Positions 18,834 to 27,688 of a stretch of DNA of 64,000 nucleotides are shown here, in pieces. The translations under genes were made by a program, and so were the position numbers. Numbering within the stretch: the first letter of the stretch is position 1; each line of letters begins with the position of its first letter. This stretch comes from Polyangiales bacterium (GTDB lineage Bacteria > Myxococcota_A > Polyangia > Polyangiales > Ga0077539): NCBI GenBank assembly GCA_044229975.1, contig JBGARZ010000026.1:62728-126727 (forward strand), read 5' to 3'. The notes beneath the pieces are model-generated. The model was not told the DNA's origin, searched no databases, and saw only the letters and a list, made by a program, of their open reading frames with translations.

Positions 18834-19222
18834 GCGCCGGCCTCGTCGACGGACAGCAGCACGAAGAGCCCGTCGGGCTTCACGAAGACCCGCAGCGCGT
18901 CGAAGCTGAGCCGCTGCCACTGCCGCTTGGGGTCGGACACCACCACCAGCCGAACGCCCCGCTGCTGCGCCGTCTGGATGAGGTTGATGAGGCTCGCGAT
19001 GGTGGAGCTGTTGAAGTGCCCGAGCGCCTCGAAGCGCAGCTCCAGCGGGGCGCTCAGCGAGGCGGCGAGGTCGAGCGCCTGCTCCAGGTACGGGAGGATG
19101 AGCTGGTCGGCCTGGCGGGCGTTGCTCTTGCCGCTCCAGGCGAGGCGCACCGCGGAGGGGGTCTCCCTCACCGTGGCTTCGATGCGGAGGTCACCGGAGA
19201 CGAGGTCTTGCAGGGTGTTCAT
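18830..19222 (-). CDS. SiaC/Slr1659-like STAS phospho-acceptor protein, copy 1
   Basis: LAWSGKS...PLELRFEALGHFNSSTIASL...WQRLSF, resembling SiaC LSMQGDS...YLNTSS. Confidence 0.72.
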   Translation of the reverse strand: MNTLQDLVSGDLRIEATVRETPSAVRLAWSGKSNARQADQLILPYLEQALDLAASLSAPLELRFEALGHFNSSTIASLINLIQTAQQRGVRLVVVSDPKRQWQRLSFDALRVFVKPDGLFVLLSVDEAGA

Positions 19223-19269
19223 GCGTTGGGTTTCAGGAGGCTGTGGCAGAGGGGATGGTGGAGGGACAT

Positions 19270-20229
19270 CTACGGGGACGGTCGACCGACGAGCTCGATG
19301 CCGAGCAGGGTGACGTCGTCGGTGAGCCCCTGCTTCCCGACGAAGCTCTCCAGCTGCGTCACCGCGCGCTGCACCACCGCGTCGAGGTCGCCCTCGCCCG
19401 CGAGCGCGCCGAGCACCCGGTCGACGCCAAACTCCTCGTCGCCGACCCACTCCTCGACGAGCCCGTCGCTGAAGAGGAAGAGCCGGTCGCCGCGCTCGGC
19501 GTCGAAGGTCACCGAGGGGAAGTCCACGCCCGTCATCACGCCGAGGAAGGGCCCCGGCTGGTACATCTGCCGACCCTCTCCGCGCACCACGTGGACGAGC
19601 GGCGGGTGCGCAGCCGTCGCGTAGGTCACGCGCGCGCCATCTCCCCCGGGGCGCACGTCGAAGCACGCCGCAGTGCAGTGCAGCTCCAGCCCTGGATAGA
19701 CCGAGGCGATCTGCTCGTTGAGGCCCGCGAGCACCTCCCTCGGCGTCGCCGCGTCGCGGACGCCGTCGTACTCCGACTTCAGGATCATCGTGCGCAGCGC
19801 GGCCTGCACCCCGTGCCCGATGGCGTCGGCGATGAACACCCGCCACCCGCCACCGTCGAGCGCGCTCACGCTGTAGAGGTCGCCGCCCACCTCCTCGGCC
19901 GGGCGGTACGCCACCGCGAAGCGGAGCACGTCGCTCACCGGCGGACGCGGCAGGATGCGCTGCTGGAAGGTGCGGGCCTGCGCGAGGTCTTCGCTCAGGC
20001 GACGGTCCTTCTCTTCGAGCACGCGGAGGGCGGAGGCGAGGTTGGCGTTGGCCTCGTTGACCCGCGCGTTGGCGGCGGCGAGCTCGGCCGCGTACTCCTC
20101 CATCTCCAGCACCCGGCGCTGCTGCGCGGCCATCGCCTTGGCGGCGACGCGGGTCTTCTGATCGAGCTGCTCGCGCAGCCGGCGGTTTTCGTCGGCGAGG
20201 TCTTCCTGGTGGAGCGTGAGCAGGCTCAT
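19270..20229 (-). CDS. PP2C (SpoIIE/RsbU/SiaA-type) phosphatase with N-terminal coiled coil
   Basis: ARTFQQRILP, VGGDLY, IADAIGHG, AAHPP, FSDGLVE, DDVTLL. Confidence 0.9.
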   Translation of the reverse strand: MSLLTLHQEDLADENRRLREQLDQKTRVAAKAMAAQQRRVLEMEEYAAELAAANARVNEANANLASALRVLEEKDRRLSEDLAQARTFQQRILPRPPVSDVLRFAVAYRPAEEVGGDLYSVSALDGGGWRVFIADAIGHGVQAALRTMILKSEYDGVRDAATPREVLAGLNEQIASVYPGLELHCTAACFDVRPGGDGARVTYATAAHPPLVHVVRGEGRQMYQPGPFLGVMTGVDFPSVTFDAERGDRLFLFSDGLVEEWVGDEEFGVDRVLGALAGEGDLDAVVQRAVTQLESFVGKQGLTDDVTLLGIELVGRPSP

Positions 20230-21383
20230 GGCTTCTCTCCAAACACCAGCGCCGTCAGCGTGGTGTTGACCGCGAGGCCGTTGAACACCTCGAAGGACAC
20301 GTTGAAGCCCGCGGAGGGCGGGCCCGCGGCGAGCGTTGCGCCGATCGCGTCGAGCTTGCCGAGCGCCTGCGCGAACCACGTCCGTCCGCCGCAGTGGAAG
20401 AGCAGCGCGGCCTTCGGGTTGGGCACCCGCGCGGGGATCTCCTCGGCCAGGAAGCGCCGCGTCGTCTCGACCATGTCGTCGAGGCGCATGATCTCCATCT
20501 CGGTGCCCTCCTCCAGCAGGTTGGCGAAGACGATGGAGCCATCGGGCAAGGGCTTCCACGGCGCGCGCACGATGTACTCGCGCCCCATCTTGATGGCCGT
20601 CGGCCGCATCGCGAAGCCCTTCGGCAGACCGAACTCCAGCTCGTCGATTCCGACGCCGAGGATCTCCGCGTAGCGCGCGGCGGCGGGCTTGCCGTCGATC
20701 TCCAGCGCGCGGGTGCAGGCCGCGTCGACCCGCGTGACGGTGAGCATCTCGCCGGTGGGCGAGTACCAGTGCGAGCGCATCGCCGCGAAGGGCGCGTCGG
20801 ACTTGAACAGCGCCGTCAGGACGCCGTCGGTGAGCACCTCGCCGTCGACGTGGAGGACGGGCTGGGACACGCCGTCCATCGGGCCCGAGGCGCCGCCGCC
20901 CACGAGGGTCACGTCGGCGCCGCCGGAGAGCATGCCGATGAGGAGTTCTTCCTTCTTCATGCGCGAGCCGTCGTCGATGACGAGGCCGACGTGGCTGCGG
21001 CGGTCGAGGTCGGAGGCGCGTACGCCGAGGTCGTCGCAGGCGTTTTTCATCGCCGCGGCGCCGGCCGCGATGGCGTCGTTGCTCAGGTCGCGCCCGAGGC
21101 CGAGGCCCACCTCGAAATCCCCCGAGAGGGCGCCGAGCACCACCGTGCCGTCGTGGAAGCCGTCGCGGTCGAGCTCTCCCGTGGTGGTCGCGCCCACGAG
21201 CCGGGTGCCCTTCGGCAGCCGCTCGCGCACCGCGCGGTTGAGCGCGAGCTGGTCGCGGTCAAACGAGGCAAACATCGTCACGAGCTTGGGCGTGTCCCCG
21301 GAGAGCGCGGAGAGCAGCGCCTCCGCCGCCGCGTTCGGATCCGTGAGTGTGGTGCGCACCGACTGGAACGACGTCTTCGACAT
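20226..21383 (-). CDS. Stand-alone FIST (NosP-like) sensory protein
   Basis: VGATTTGE, LVGGGAS, ALEIDGKPAA.RY, FHCGGR, NTTLTALVF; ATGA overlap with the PP2C gene. Confidence 0.85.
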   Translation of the reverse strand: MSKTSFQSVRTTLTDPNAAAEALLSALSGDTPKLVTMFASFDRDQLALNRAVRERLPKGTRLVGATTTGELDRDGFHDGTVVLGALSGDFEVGLGLGRDLSNDAIAAGAAAMKNACDDLGVRASDLDRRSHVGLVIDDGSRMKKEELLIGMLSGGADVTLVGGGASGPMDGVSQPVLHVDGEVLTDGVLTALFKSDAPFAAMRSHWYSPTGEMLTVTRVDAACTRALEIDGKPAAARYAEILGVGIDELEFGLPKGFAMRPTAIKMGREYIVRAPWKPLPDGSIVFANLLEEGTEMEIMRLDDMVETTRRFLAEEIPARVPNPKAALLFHCGGRTWFAQALGKLDAIGATLAAGPPSAGFNVSFEVFNGLAVNTTLTALVFGEKP

Positions 21384-21492
21384 AGGGCCCCGCGAGGGTC
21401 GCACCAGTGAGCGCGCGGTTCCAGGGGCGATTGGGCGCCATGGTGTGACACGGGTGCCCCCCAGTGTTGGGTTTGGGGATATCGTCCCGGCG

Positions 21493-22896
21493 ATGTCGGT
21501 GCAGGACCAGACGGTCGACGCGAGCGTCGGGGACCATCCAGAGCGCCTGGAGTCCCAGCGCCCCGGGGTGATGGTGATCTTCTCGGCGGCGCGCCCGGCG
21601 TGCACCGCCATCGCGCTGGAGGACGGCGCGCTGGAGATCGGCCGAGGCCCGGTGGGCCACGTGACGCTCGACGACACGCGTCTGTCGCGCAAACACGGCC
21701 GCATCGCGCGCACGGCCGATGGTTGGACCATCGAAGACCTCGGCAGCCGCAACGGGACGTGGCTCGATGGGGTTCCGGTGACGACGGCCGTGACGGTGGC
21801 GGCGCCGCGGGTCGTGCGCATGGGCGACACGCTGCTGCTGCCCGTGGCCGACATCACGCCCTTCGCCGGCCACCGGCCGTCGCGAGAGAGTGGTCCCGTC
21901 GCGGGGCCGACGTTGCTCCGTGCGTGGCAGGCCATCGCGCGCCTCGCGCGCGCGGTCGAAGCGCTGCACATCACCGGCGAGAGCGGCGCCGGCAAGGAGC
22001 TCGCGGCGCGCACCTTCCACGACGCGGGGCCGCGGAGCACCGGGCCCTTCGTGGCCGTCAACTGCGCGGCCATCCCCGAGGGCGTGGCCGAGCGCTTGTT
22101 GTTCGGGGCGCGCAAGGGAGCCTTCTCGGGCGCGGTCGCCGACGCCGAGGGCTACGTGCAGGCGGCCCACGGCGGGACGCTCTTCCTCGACGAGGTCTCG
22201 GAGCTCGACCTGTCGGTGCAGGCCAAGCTCCTGCGGGTGCTGGAGACGCACAAGGTGATGGCCCTCGGCGCGACCAAGGCGCAGGACGTCGACGTTCGCA
22301 TCGTGTCGGCGACGCACCGCGACCTCCGCGCGCAGGTGGCCGCGGGCAAGATGCGCGAAGACCTCTACTTCCGCATCGGGCGGCCGTGCGTGGCGCTGCC
22401 GCCGCTGCGATCGCGGGGCGACGAGGTGCCGTGGCTGGTCGAGCGCGCGGTGCGGAAGGCGCTGCCCGAGGCGAGCGCGCACGTCACGCTGGTGGAGGCG
22501 TGCCTGCTGCGAGAGTGGCCGGGCAACGTGCGCGAGCTGTTTGCCGAACTCCAGGGCGCCGCCCAGGAGGCGCAGGCCGAGGGGCGCACCGTCGTCGAGG
22601 CGCGGCACCTGCCCGAGACGGCGGGGAGGGCCTTTCGGGCGAGCCAGGTTCCGGCGGAGGTGACGTCCGACGGCGCAGCGGCGACGGCGTCGAAGGCCCC
22701 GCGGGTGTCGCGACCGCCCCCGGAGCCCGCGGAGATCATCGCCGCCCTCCAGGACCAGCAGGGAAACATCTCTCGCGCCGCGCGGGCGCTCGGCCTGCAT
22801 CGCACGCAGCTCCGGCGGCTGTTCGAGCGGCACGGCATCGAGCCGCGGCGGTACGGGGCCGACGGGACGGCGCCCGAGCCCGACGAGCCCGAGTGA
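21493..22896 (+). CDS. FHA-domain sigma54-dependent activator (bEBP) with Fis-type HTH
   Basis: FHA: IGR..SRKHG..DLGSRNGT; AAA+: GESGAGKE, LFGARKGAFSGA, GGTLFLDEV, REDLYFR, WPGNVREL; HTH: GNISRAARALG. Confidence 0.93.
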   Translation: MSVQDQTVDASVGDHPERLESQRPGVMVIFSAARPACTAIALEDGALEIGRGPVGHVTLDDTRLSRKHGRIARTADGWTIEDLGSRNGTWLDGVPVTTAVTVAAPRVVRMGDTLLLPVADITPFAGHRPSRESGPVAGPTLLRAWQAIARLARAVEALHITGESGAGKELAARTFHDAGPRSTGPFVAVNCAAIPEGVAERLLFGARKGAFSGAVADAEGYVQAAHGGTLFLDEVSELDLSVQAKLLRVLETHKVMALGATKAQDVDVRIVSATHRDLRAQVAAGKMREDLYFRIGRPCVALPPLRSRGDEVPWLVERAVRKALPEASAHVTLVEACLLREWPGNVRELFAELQGAAQEAQAEGRTVVEARHLPETAGRAFRASQVPAEVTSDGAAATASKAPRVSRPPPEPAEIIAALQDQQGNISRAARALGLHRTQLRRLFERHGIEPRRYGADGTAPEPDEPE

Positions 22897-22904
22897 TCGG
22901 GGCA

Positions 22905-22937
22905 GATTGACCCGCGGGTCGACCGGCGATTGACCCG
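22905..22937. repeat. 10-bp direct repeat pair with an embedded palindrome
   Basis: GATTGACCCG at 22905 and 22928; GACCCGCGGGTC palindrome at 22909-22920. Confidence 0.4.
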
Positions 22938-23009
22938 ACGGGAGTCCTTCGGGTACGCGCCACGGGCAGGAGGCGCGTAAGGTGCCGCTTCGAAGGGACC
23001 CGTAGACCG

Positions 23010-26000
23010 TTGTCCGAGCCGTTGCTGTCCTCGCGCTTCACCGTCCTCCGCAAGCTCGGTAGCGGCGGCTTTGGCGCCGTCTTCGAGGTGCAGGATCGGG
23101 CGCGCGAGCAGCGGGTGGCGCTGAAGAAGCTGGTGCGCGTCGACCCGGCGGCGATCTACCGCTTCAAGCAGGAGTTCCGAGCGCTGGCGGAGGTGCGGCA
23201 CCCCAACCTGGTGCGCCTGCACGAGCTCTTCTGCGACGACGGCGAGTGGTACCTCACCATGGACCTCGTCAACGGCGTCGACCTGCACGCCTGGCTCCGC
23301 GGCCCGTCGAGCACCCCGCCCCCGCGGCTCCCGACGATGCACCCGGCCAACGCCGCGACGATGCCCATCGACGAGCACACCACCTCGCCGTTGAACCACC
23401 TGCCCGCGGGCCCGATGACCCTCGTCCCGAAGCCCCCGTGGCGCTTCGACGAGGCGCGGGTGCGCGCGGTGTTTCCGCAGATCGCGCTGGGCGTGCAGGC
23501 GCTCCACGAGGCCCGCTGGCTGCACCGCGACCTCAAGCCCTCCAACGCCATGGTCACGGCCGACGGGACGGCGGTGCTCCTCGACTTCGGGCTCGTCGCC
23601 AGCACCCTCTCCGACGCGCCGCCCTCGCTCGACCACGAGGTCATCGGGACGCCCACGTACATGTCCCCGGAGCAGGCGTGCGACGGCCCCATCACGGCCG
23701 CCAGCGACTGGTACGCCGTCGGCGTCATGCTCTACGAGGCGCTCACCGGGTCGGCGCCGTTCACCGGGTCGATGTTTCAGGTGCTGCACCACAAGTGCAC
23801 CCGCGAGGTCGACGACCCGCGACCCCTCCACCCGGGCCTGCCGGACGACCTCGTCGAGCTGTGCCTCGCGATGCTCTCGCTCCACCCCGAGCGCCGCCCG
23901 TCGGGGCCGGAGGTGCTGCGCCGCCTCCTGCCCGAACGCCCCACCGAGGACGTCACCCCGTCCGGCGTGCGGGAGCTCCCCTTCGTCGGGCGCTCGCGCC
24001 ACCTCGATGTGCTGCGCGCCCGCCTCGCCGAGGCCGAGTCCGGCCGTCCCGCCTTCGTCGAGATCTCCGGGCGCTCGGGCATGGGCAAGAGCGCCCTCGC
24101 CCGGAGGTTTCTCTCCGAGCTCGTCAACCGTCCCGGCGCCGTCGTGCTCCGTGGCCGATGCCACGCCCACGAGGCCGTCCCCTACAAAGCCTTCGACGGC
24201 GTCGTCGACGGGCTCACCCGCCGCCTGCTCGCCCTCGGCGACGAGCGCGCCTCCGTCATCCCCGACGACGCGCTCTCCACCCTCGCCCGCCTCTTCCCCT
24301 CGCTCTCGCGCCTGCCCCGCGAGTCGTCGCTCAACGAGGCCCCGCCCGCCCGCGACGCCGCCGAGCTCCGCCGCCTCGCCTTCGCCGCCCTCCAGCGCGC
24401 CCTCACCCGCCTCGCCGCCCGCGGAACCGTCGCCATCGTCGTCGACGACCTCCAGTGGGGCGACGCCGACAGCGCCGCGCTGCTCATCGAGCTCCTCGCC
24501 CCGCCGCACGCCCCGCCGGTGCTCTTCGTCGCCTGCCACCGCAGCGAGGAGGCGGCCCACAGCCCGATGCTCCGCCTCCTGCGCGACGCCCGCGCCCGCG
24601 GTGCGCTGGCCGAACCCACCGTGGTGGAGGTCGGTCCGCTCGACGACGACGACGCCTTCGACCTCGCGCGCGCCCTCCTGCCCGAGGCGCCCGAGGCCGC
24701 CGCGCGGGCCGTCGTGCGCGAGGCCGGCGGCAACCCCCTCTTCGTGCAGGAGCTCGCCCGCTCGATGGCCGGCGGCCGCACCAGCGACGGAGCCCTCACC
24801 CTCGCGGGGGTGCTCGCGACGCGCGTGGGTCGACTGCCGCCCGACGCCCGCACGCTGCTCGGCGTCGTCGCCCTCGCGGGTCACCCCCTCGACGAACGCC
24901 TCGCCCGCGACGCAGCCGACCTCAACGCCCTCGCCTTCGATCGCGCGCTCCGGGCGCTGCTCGCGACGCAGCTCCTGCGGCCTGGTGGGGCGGGCGCCCG
25001 CTCGACGCTCGAAGCCACGCACGACGCCATCCGCGACGCGGCCCTCGTGGGCCTCTCGCCCGAGACGCTCGCCGCGCTGCACCGCAGCCTCGCGCGGGTG
25101 CTGGAGGTCGATCCGCACACCGAGCCCGATGCCCTGGCGTTGCACCTGCGCGCGCTCGGCGAGCACGCCGAGGCTCAACGCCTCGATGAGCTCGCGGGCG
25201 ACCGCGCCGTCGATGCGCTCGCCTTCGACCGCGCCGCGGCCCTCTTCCGACGCGCGCTCACCCCCGATGCTCCGCCGCACGCGGGCGCGCTGCGGGTGAA
25301 GCTCGGCGACGCCCTCGCCCACGCGGGCCTCGGGGCCGAGGCCGCGCGCGCCTACCTGCTCGCGGCCGCCGATATGTCGCCCTCCGCGGCCCTGGAGCTC
25401 GAACGCCGCGCCGCCGAGCAGCTCCTCCGCTCGGGCCACGTCGACGAGGGGGTCGAGGTCATCCGCAGCGTGCTGCTCGCGCTGGGCATGGTGTTTCCGG
25501 AGTCGTCGGAGGCGGCGCGGGCGTCGCTCGACGCGCGGCGGGCGTCGCTCGACGAGCAGGGCCACACCTTCGACGAGCGGGCCGCCGTCGCGCGCGACCC
25601 GCAGGCCCTCGCGCGCCTCGACGTGTGCTGGTCGGTGGGCAACGGCCTCGGCGGCGTGTCGCCCATCGTGGGTGCCGACTTCCACGCCCGACACGTCGAG
25701 CTCGCGCTGCAGGCGGGCGACGTGGCGCGCGTGGCGCGAGCCCTCTCGTGGGGCGCGATGCTGGCGGCGATGGAGGGCGGCACCGGGGCGCTGCGCGCGG
25801 ACGCGCTCGCGGAGCAGGCGGAGTCCATGGCCGAGCGGGCGGAGCACTCGCACGCGCTGGGCTGGTCAGTCGCGGCGGCGGCCGTGACGGCGTTTTGCGA
25901 GGGGCAGTGGCGGCGGGCGGCGCAGCTCTGCGAGTACGGCGCGGCCCTCTTCCGCGAGCGCTGCGTCGACATCGCGTGGGAGCTGGGCGAGCTGGAGGTG

Positions 26001-26750
26001 CGCTGGCACCTGCCCGCCCGCGCCTACCGCGGCGAGCTCCAGCTCCTGGCCGACCGCGCCGCGCAGGCCGCGCGCGAGGCGGCGGCGCGGGGCGATCGGT
26101 ACAACCTCACCAACGTTCGGACGACGGTGCTGCCGCTCGTGCACCTCTCCCACGATCAGCCCGCCGAGGCGCGGCGCATGGTGACCGAGACCATCGCGAC
26201 ATGGTCGACGAGCGGGTTTCACCTCCAGCACGCCAACGCCGCGCTCGCGCTCGCGCAGGTCGCGATCTACGAAGGCGACGCGGCGCGGGCCACCTCCGAG
26301 CTGACCGCGTTGCGACGCTCCCTCGATGCTGCGCTCTTCATGGGGATGCTCGTGGTGCGCGCGCCCTGGCACCACCTCCGCGGGGTGGCCGCCGTGGCCG
26401 CGAGCGCGGGCGTGACGGGGCCGGCGCGGCGGGCGTTGCTGCGTGAAGCGGTGCGGTCGGCGCGAGCGCTGCGCGCCGAGGGCCGCGAGTGGACCGAGGG
26501 GCTGGCGCTCTGCGTGGCGGGCGGGGTGCACCTCGCGCGGGGCGAGACGGCGCGCGCGATCGCGGCGTGGCAGCGGGCGGCCGAGACGCTCACGGGGACG
26601 GAGATGGCCCTGCACGCGCTGGCGGCGCGGCGAGCGGGCGCGCGGGCCGCGGGTGATGTGTCGGCGGTGGCCGACATCGAGCAGGCGATGGCAGCGTGCG
26701 GGGTGGCGGCGCCCGCGCGGTGGGGCGCGCTCGTGGTGCCGGAGTTGTGA
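23010..26750 (+). CDS. Ser/Thr protein kinase fused to a STAND/AAA_16 ATPase and helical repeats
   Basis: GSGGFG, VALK, HRDLKPSN, DFG, GTPTYMSPE; FVGR, Walker A GRSGMGKS, Walker B VDDLQWGD, GGNPLF; TTG start uncertain. Confidence 0.92.
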   Translation: MSEPLLSSRFTVLRKLGSGGFGAVFEVQDRAREQRVALKKLVRVDPAAIYRFKQEFRALAEVRHPNLVRLHELFCDDGEWYLTMDLVNGVDLHAWLRGPSSTPPPRLPTMHPANAATMPIDEHTTSPLNHLPAGPMTLVPKPPWRFDEARVRAVFPQIALGVQALHEARWLHRDLKPSNAMVTADGTAVLLDFGLVASTLSDAPPSLDHEVIGTPTYMSPEQACDGPITAASDWYAVGVMLYEALTGSAPFTGSMFQVLHHKCTREVDDPRPLHPGLPDDLVELCLAMLSLHPERRPSGPEVLRRLLPERPTEDVTPSGVRELPFVGRSRHLDVLRARLAEAESGRPAFVEISGRSGMGKSALARRFLSELVNRPGAVVLRGRCHAHEAVPYKAFDGVVDGLTRRLLALGDERASVIPDDALSTLARLFPSLSRLPRESSLNEAPPARDAAELRRLAFAALQRALTRLAARGTVAIVVDDLQWGDADSAALLIELLAPPHAPPVLFVACHRSEEAAHSPMLRLLRDARARGALAEPTVVEVGPLDDDDAFDLARALLPEAPEAAARAVVREAGGNPLFVQELARSMAGGRTSDGALTLAGVLATRVGRLPPDARTLLGVVALAGHPLDERLARDAADLNALAFDRALRALLATQLLRPGGAGARSTLEATHDAIRDAALVGLSPETLAALHRSLARVLEVDPHTEPDALALHLRALGEHAEAQRLDELAGDRAVDALAFDRAAALFRRALTPDAPPHAGALRVKLGDALAHAGLGAEAARAYLLAAADMSPSAALELERRAAEQLLRSGHVDEGVEVIRSVLLALGMVFPESSEAARASLDARRASLDEQGHTFDERAAVARDPQALARLDVCWSVGNGLGGVSPIVGADFHARHVELALQAGDVARVARALSWGAMLAAMEGGTGALRADALAEQAESMAERAEHSHALGWSVAAAAVTAFCEGQWRRAAQLCEYGAALFRERCVDIAWELGELEVRWHLPARAYRGELQLLADRAAQAAREAAARGDRYNLTNVRTTVLPLVHLSHDQPAEARRMVTETIATWSTSGFHLQHANAALALAQVAIYEGDAARATSELTALRRSLDAALFMGMLVVRAPWHHLRGVAAVAASAGVTGPARRALLREAVRSARALRAEGREWTEGLALCVAGGVHLARGETARAIAAWQRAAETLTGTEMALHALAARRAGARAAGDVSAVADIEQAMAACGVAAPARWGALVVPEL

Positions 26751-26783
26751 TACGCACGGCGCGAGGCAGGTGAGAGCGACACG

Positions 26784-27152
26784 ATGGATGATTTGAAGAC
26801 GGCCGATCTGGCCATCGCAGTGAAGGAGCTCAGCGAGCCGCCGACGCTGGTGCTCTCGTGGAGCGGCCGCAGCGCCGACCGCTACCCCAACCGGGTGCTG
26901 GGGCCGTTTTTCGCGGAGGCGCTCGACCGGGCGACGGCGATGGGCGCGGCGATGGAGATGCACTTCCACGCGCTGGAGCACTTCAACTCGTCGACCATCA
27001 CCGCCGTCATCGAGCTCATCCAGGAGGCGCGCGCGCGCAACGTGCGGCTGGTGATCGCGTACGACGGCGCCGTGAAGTGGCAGCGGCTGAGCTTCGATGC
27101 GATGCGGGTGTTCAACCGCGGCGACGCGCTGCTGGAGCTGCGACCGTCATGA
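26784..27152 (+). CDS. SiaC/Slr1659-like STAS phospho-acceptor protein, copy 2
   Basis: LSWSGRS...MEMHFHALEHFNSSTITAV...WQRLSFDAMRVF; paralog of 18830-19222. Confidence 0.72.
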   Translation: MDDLKTADLAIAVKELSEPPTLVLSWSGRSADRYPNRVLGPFFAEALDRATAMGAAMEMHFHALEHFNSSTITAVIELIQEARARNVRLVIAYDGAVKWQRLSFDAMRVFNRGDALLELRPS

Positions 27153-27661
27153 GCGCCAACGACTTCCGCTTCTTCATCGACGTCCCGGTGAGCACACAGT
27201 GGGGCAACATCGAGCTGCTGCGATCGTCGGTGCAAAACTGCCTGGCGGCGGTGTTCTCCGACGTGGCCGGGCGCGACGCGATCGCGATGGTGACGGGAGA
27301 GTTGCTGGAAAACGCCGTGAAGTACGGCTGCTGGACGCACGGCGACGGGGTGTTCCGGTTGCAGGTGTGGGGCGACGAAGAGGCGGGGCACATCCAGGTG
27401 GAAAACCCGGTGGACGCTGACGACTCCGGCCCCAAGCGCGTGCAGGAGCTCATCGCGTGGATGCAGACCTTCGATACGCCCGAGGAGGCCTATCACGCGC
27501 GGCTGCTCCAGGTGGCCGCGGCGCCGCGCGGGTCGGCAGGGGGCCTCGGCCTCGCGCGCGTCGTCTACGAAGGCGGCTGCCGGCTGAGGGCAGAGATCGT
27601 GGGGGACAAGTTTCGCGTGGTGGCCGACATGCCGATGAAGCAGCCCGACGAGACGGCGTAG
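27149..27661 (+). CDS. SiaB/Slr1658-like GHKL kinase, copy 2
   Basis: GELLENAVKY, VENPV, GGLGLARVVYEG; ATGA-coupled to STAS copy 2. Confidence 0.75.
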   Translation: MSANDFRFFIDVPVSTQWGNIELLRSSVQNCLAAVFSDVAGRDAIAMVTGELLENAVKYGCWTHGDGVFRLQVWGDEEAGHIQVENPVDADDSGPKRVQELIAWMQTFDTPEEAYHARLLQVAAAPRGSAGGLGLARVVYEGGCRLRAEIVGDKFRVVADMPMKQPDETA

Positions 27662-27688
27662 GCGCTCGGTGGGTCGCCCGATGCGTCC

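Noticed and set aside
20689..21492. Long N-terminal extensions of the activator and FIST ORFs
   Set aside because: They overlap each other head to head. Starts at 21493 and 21383 leave a normal divergent intergenic region.
21384..21492. Sigma54 promoter in the divergent FIST/activator intergenic region
   Set aside because: Candidates on the minus strand (TGGCGCCCAATCGC, TGGAACCGCGCGCTC) lack the exact GG-N10-GC arrangement.
23010..26750. Kinase-STAND protein as an Avs-type anti-phage system
   Set aside because: This architecture is common among myxobacterial signalling kinases, and the neighbours are signalling genes, not defence genes. Not excluded, but unsupported.
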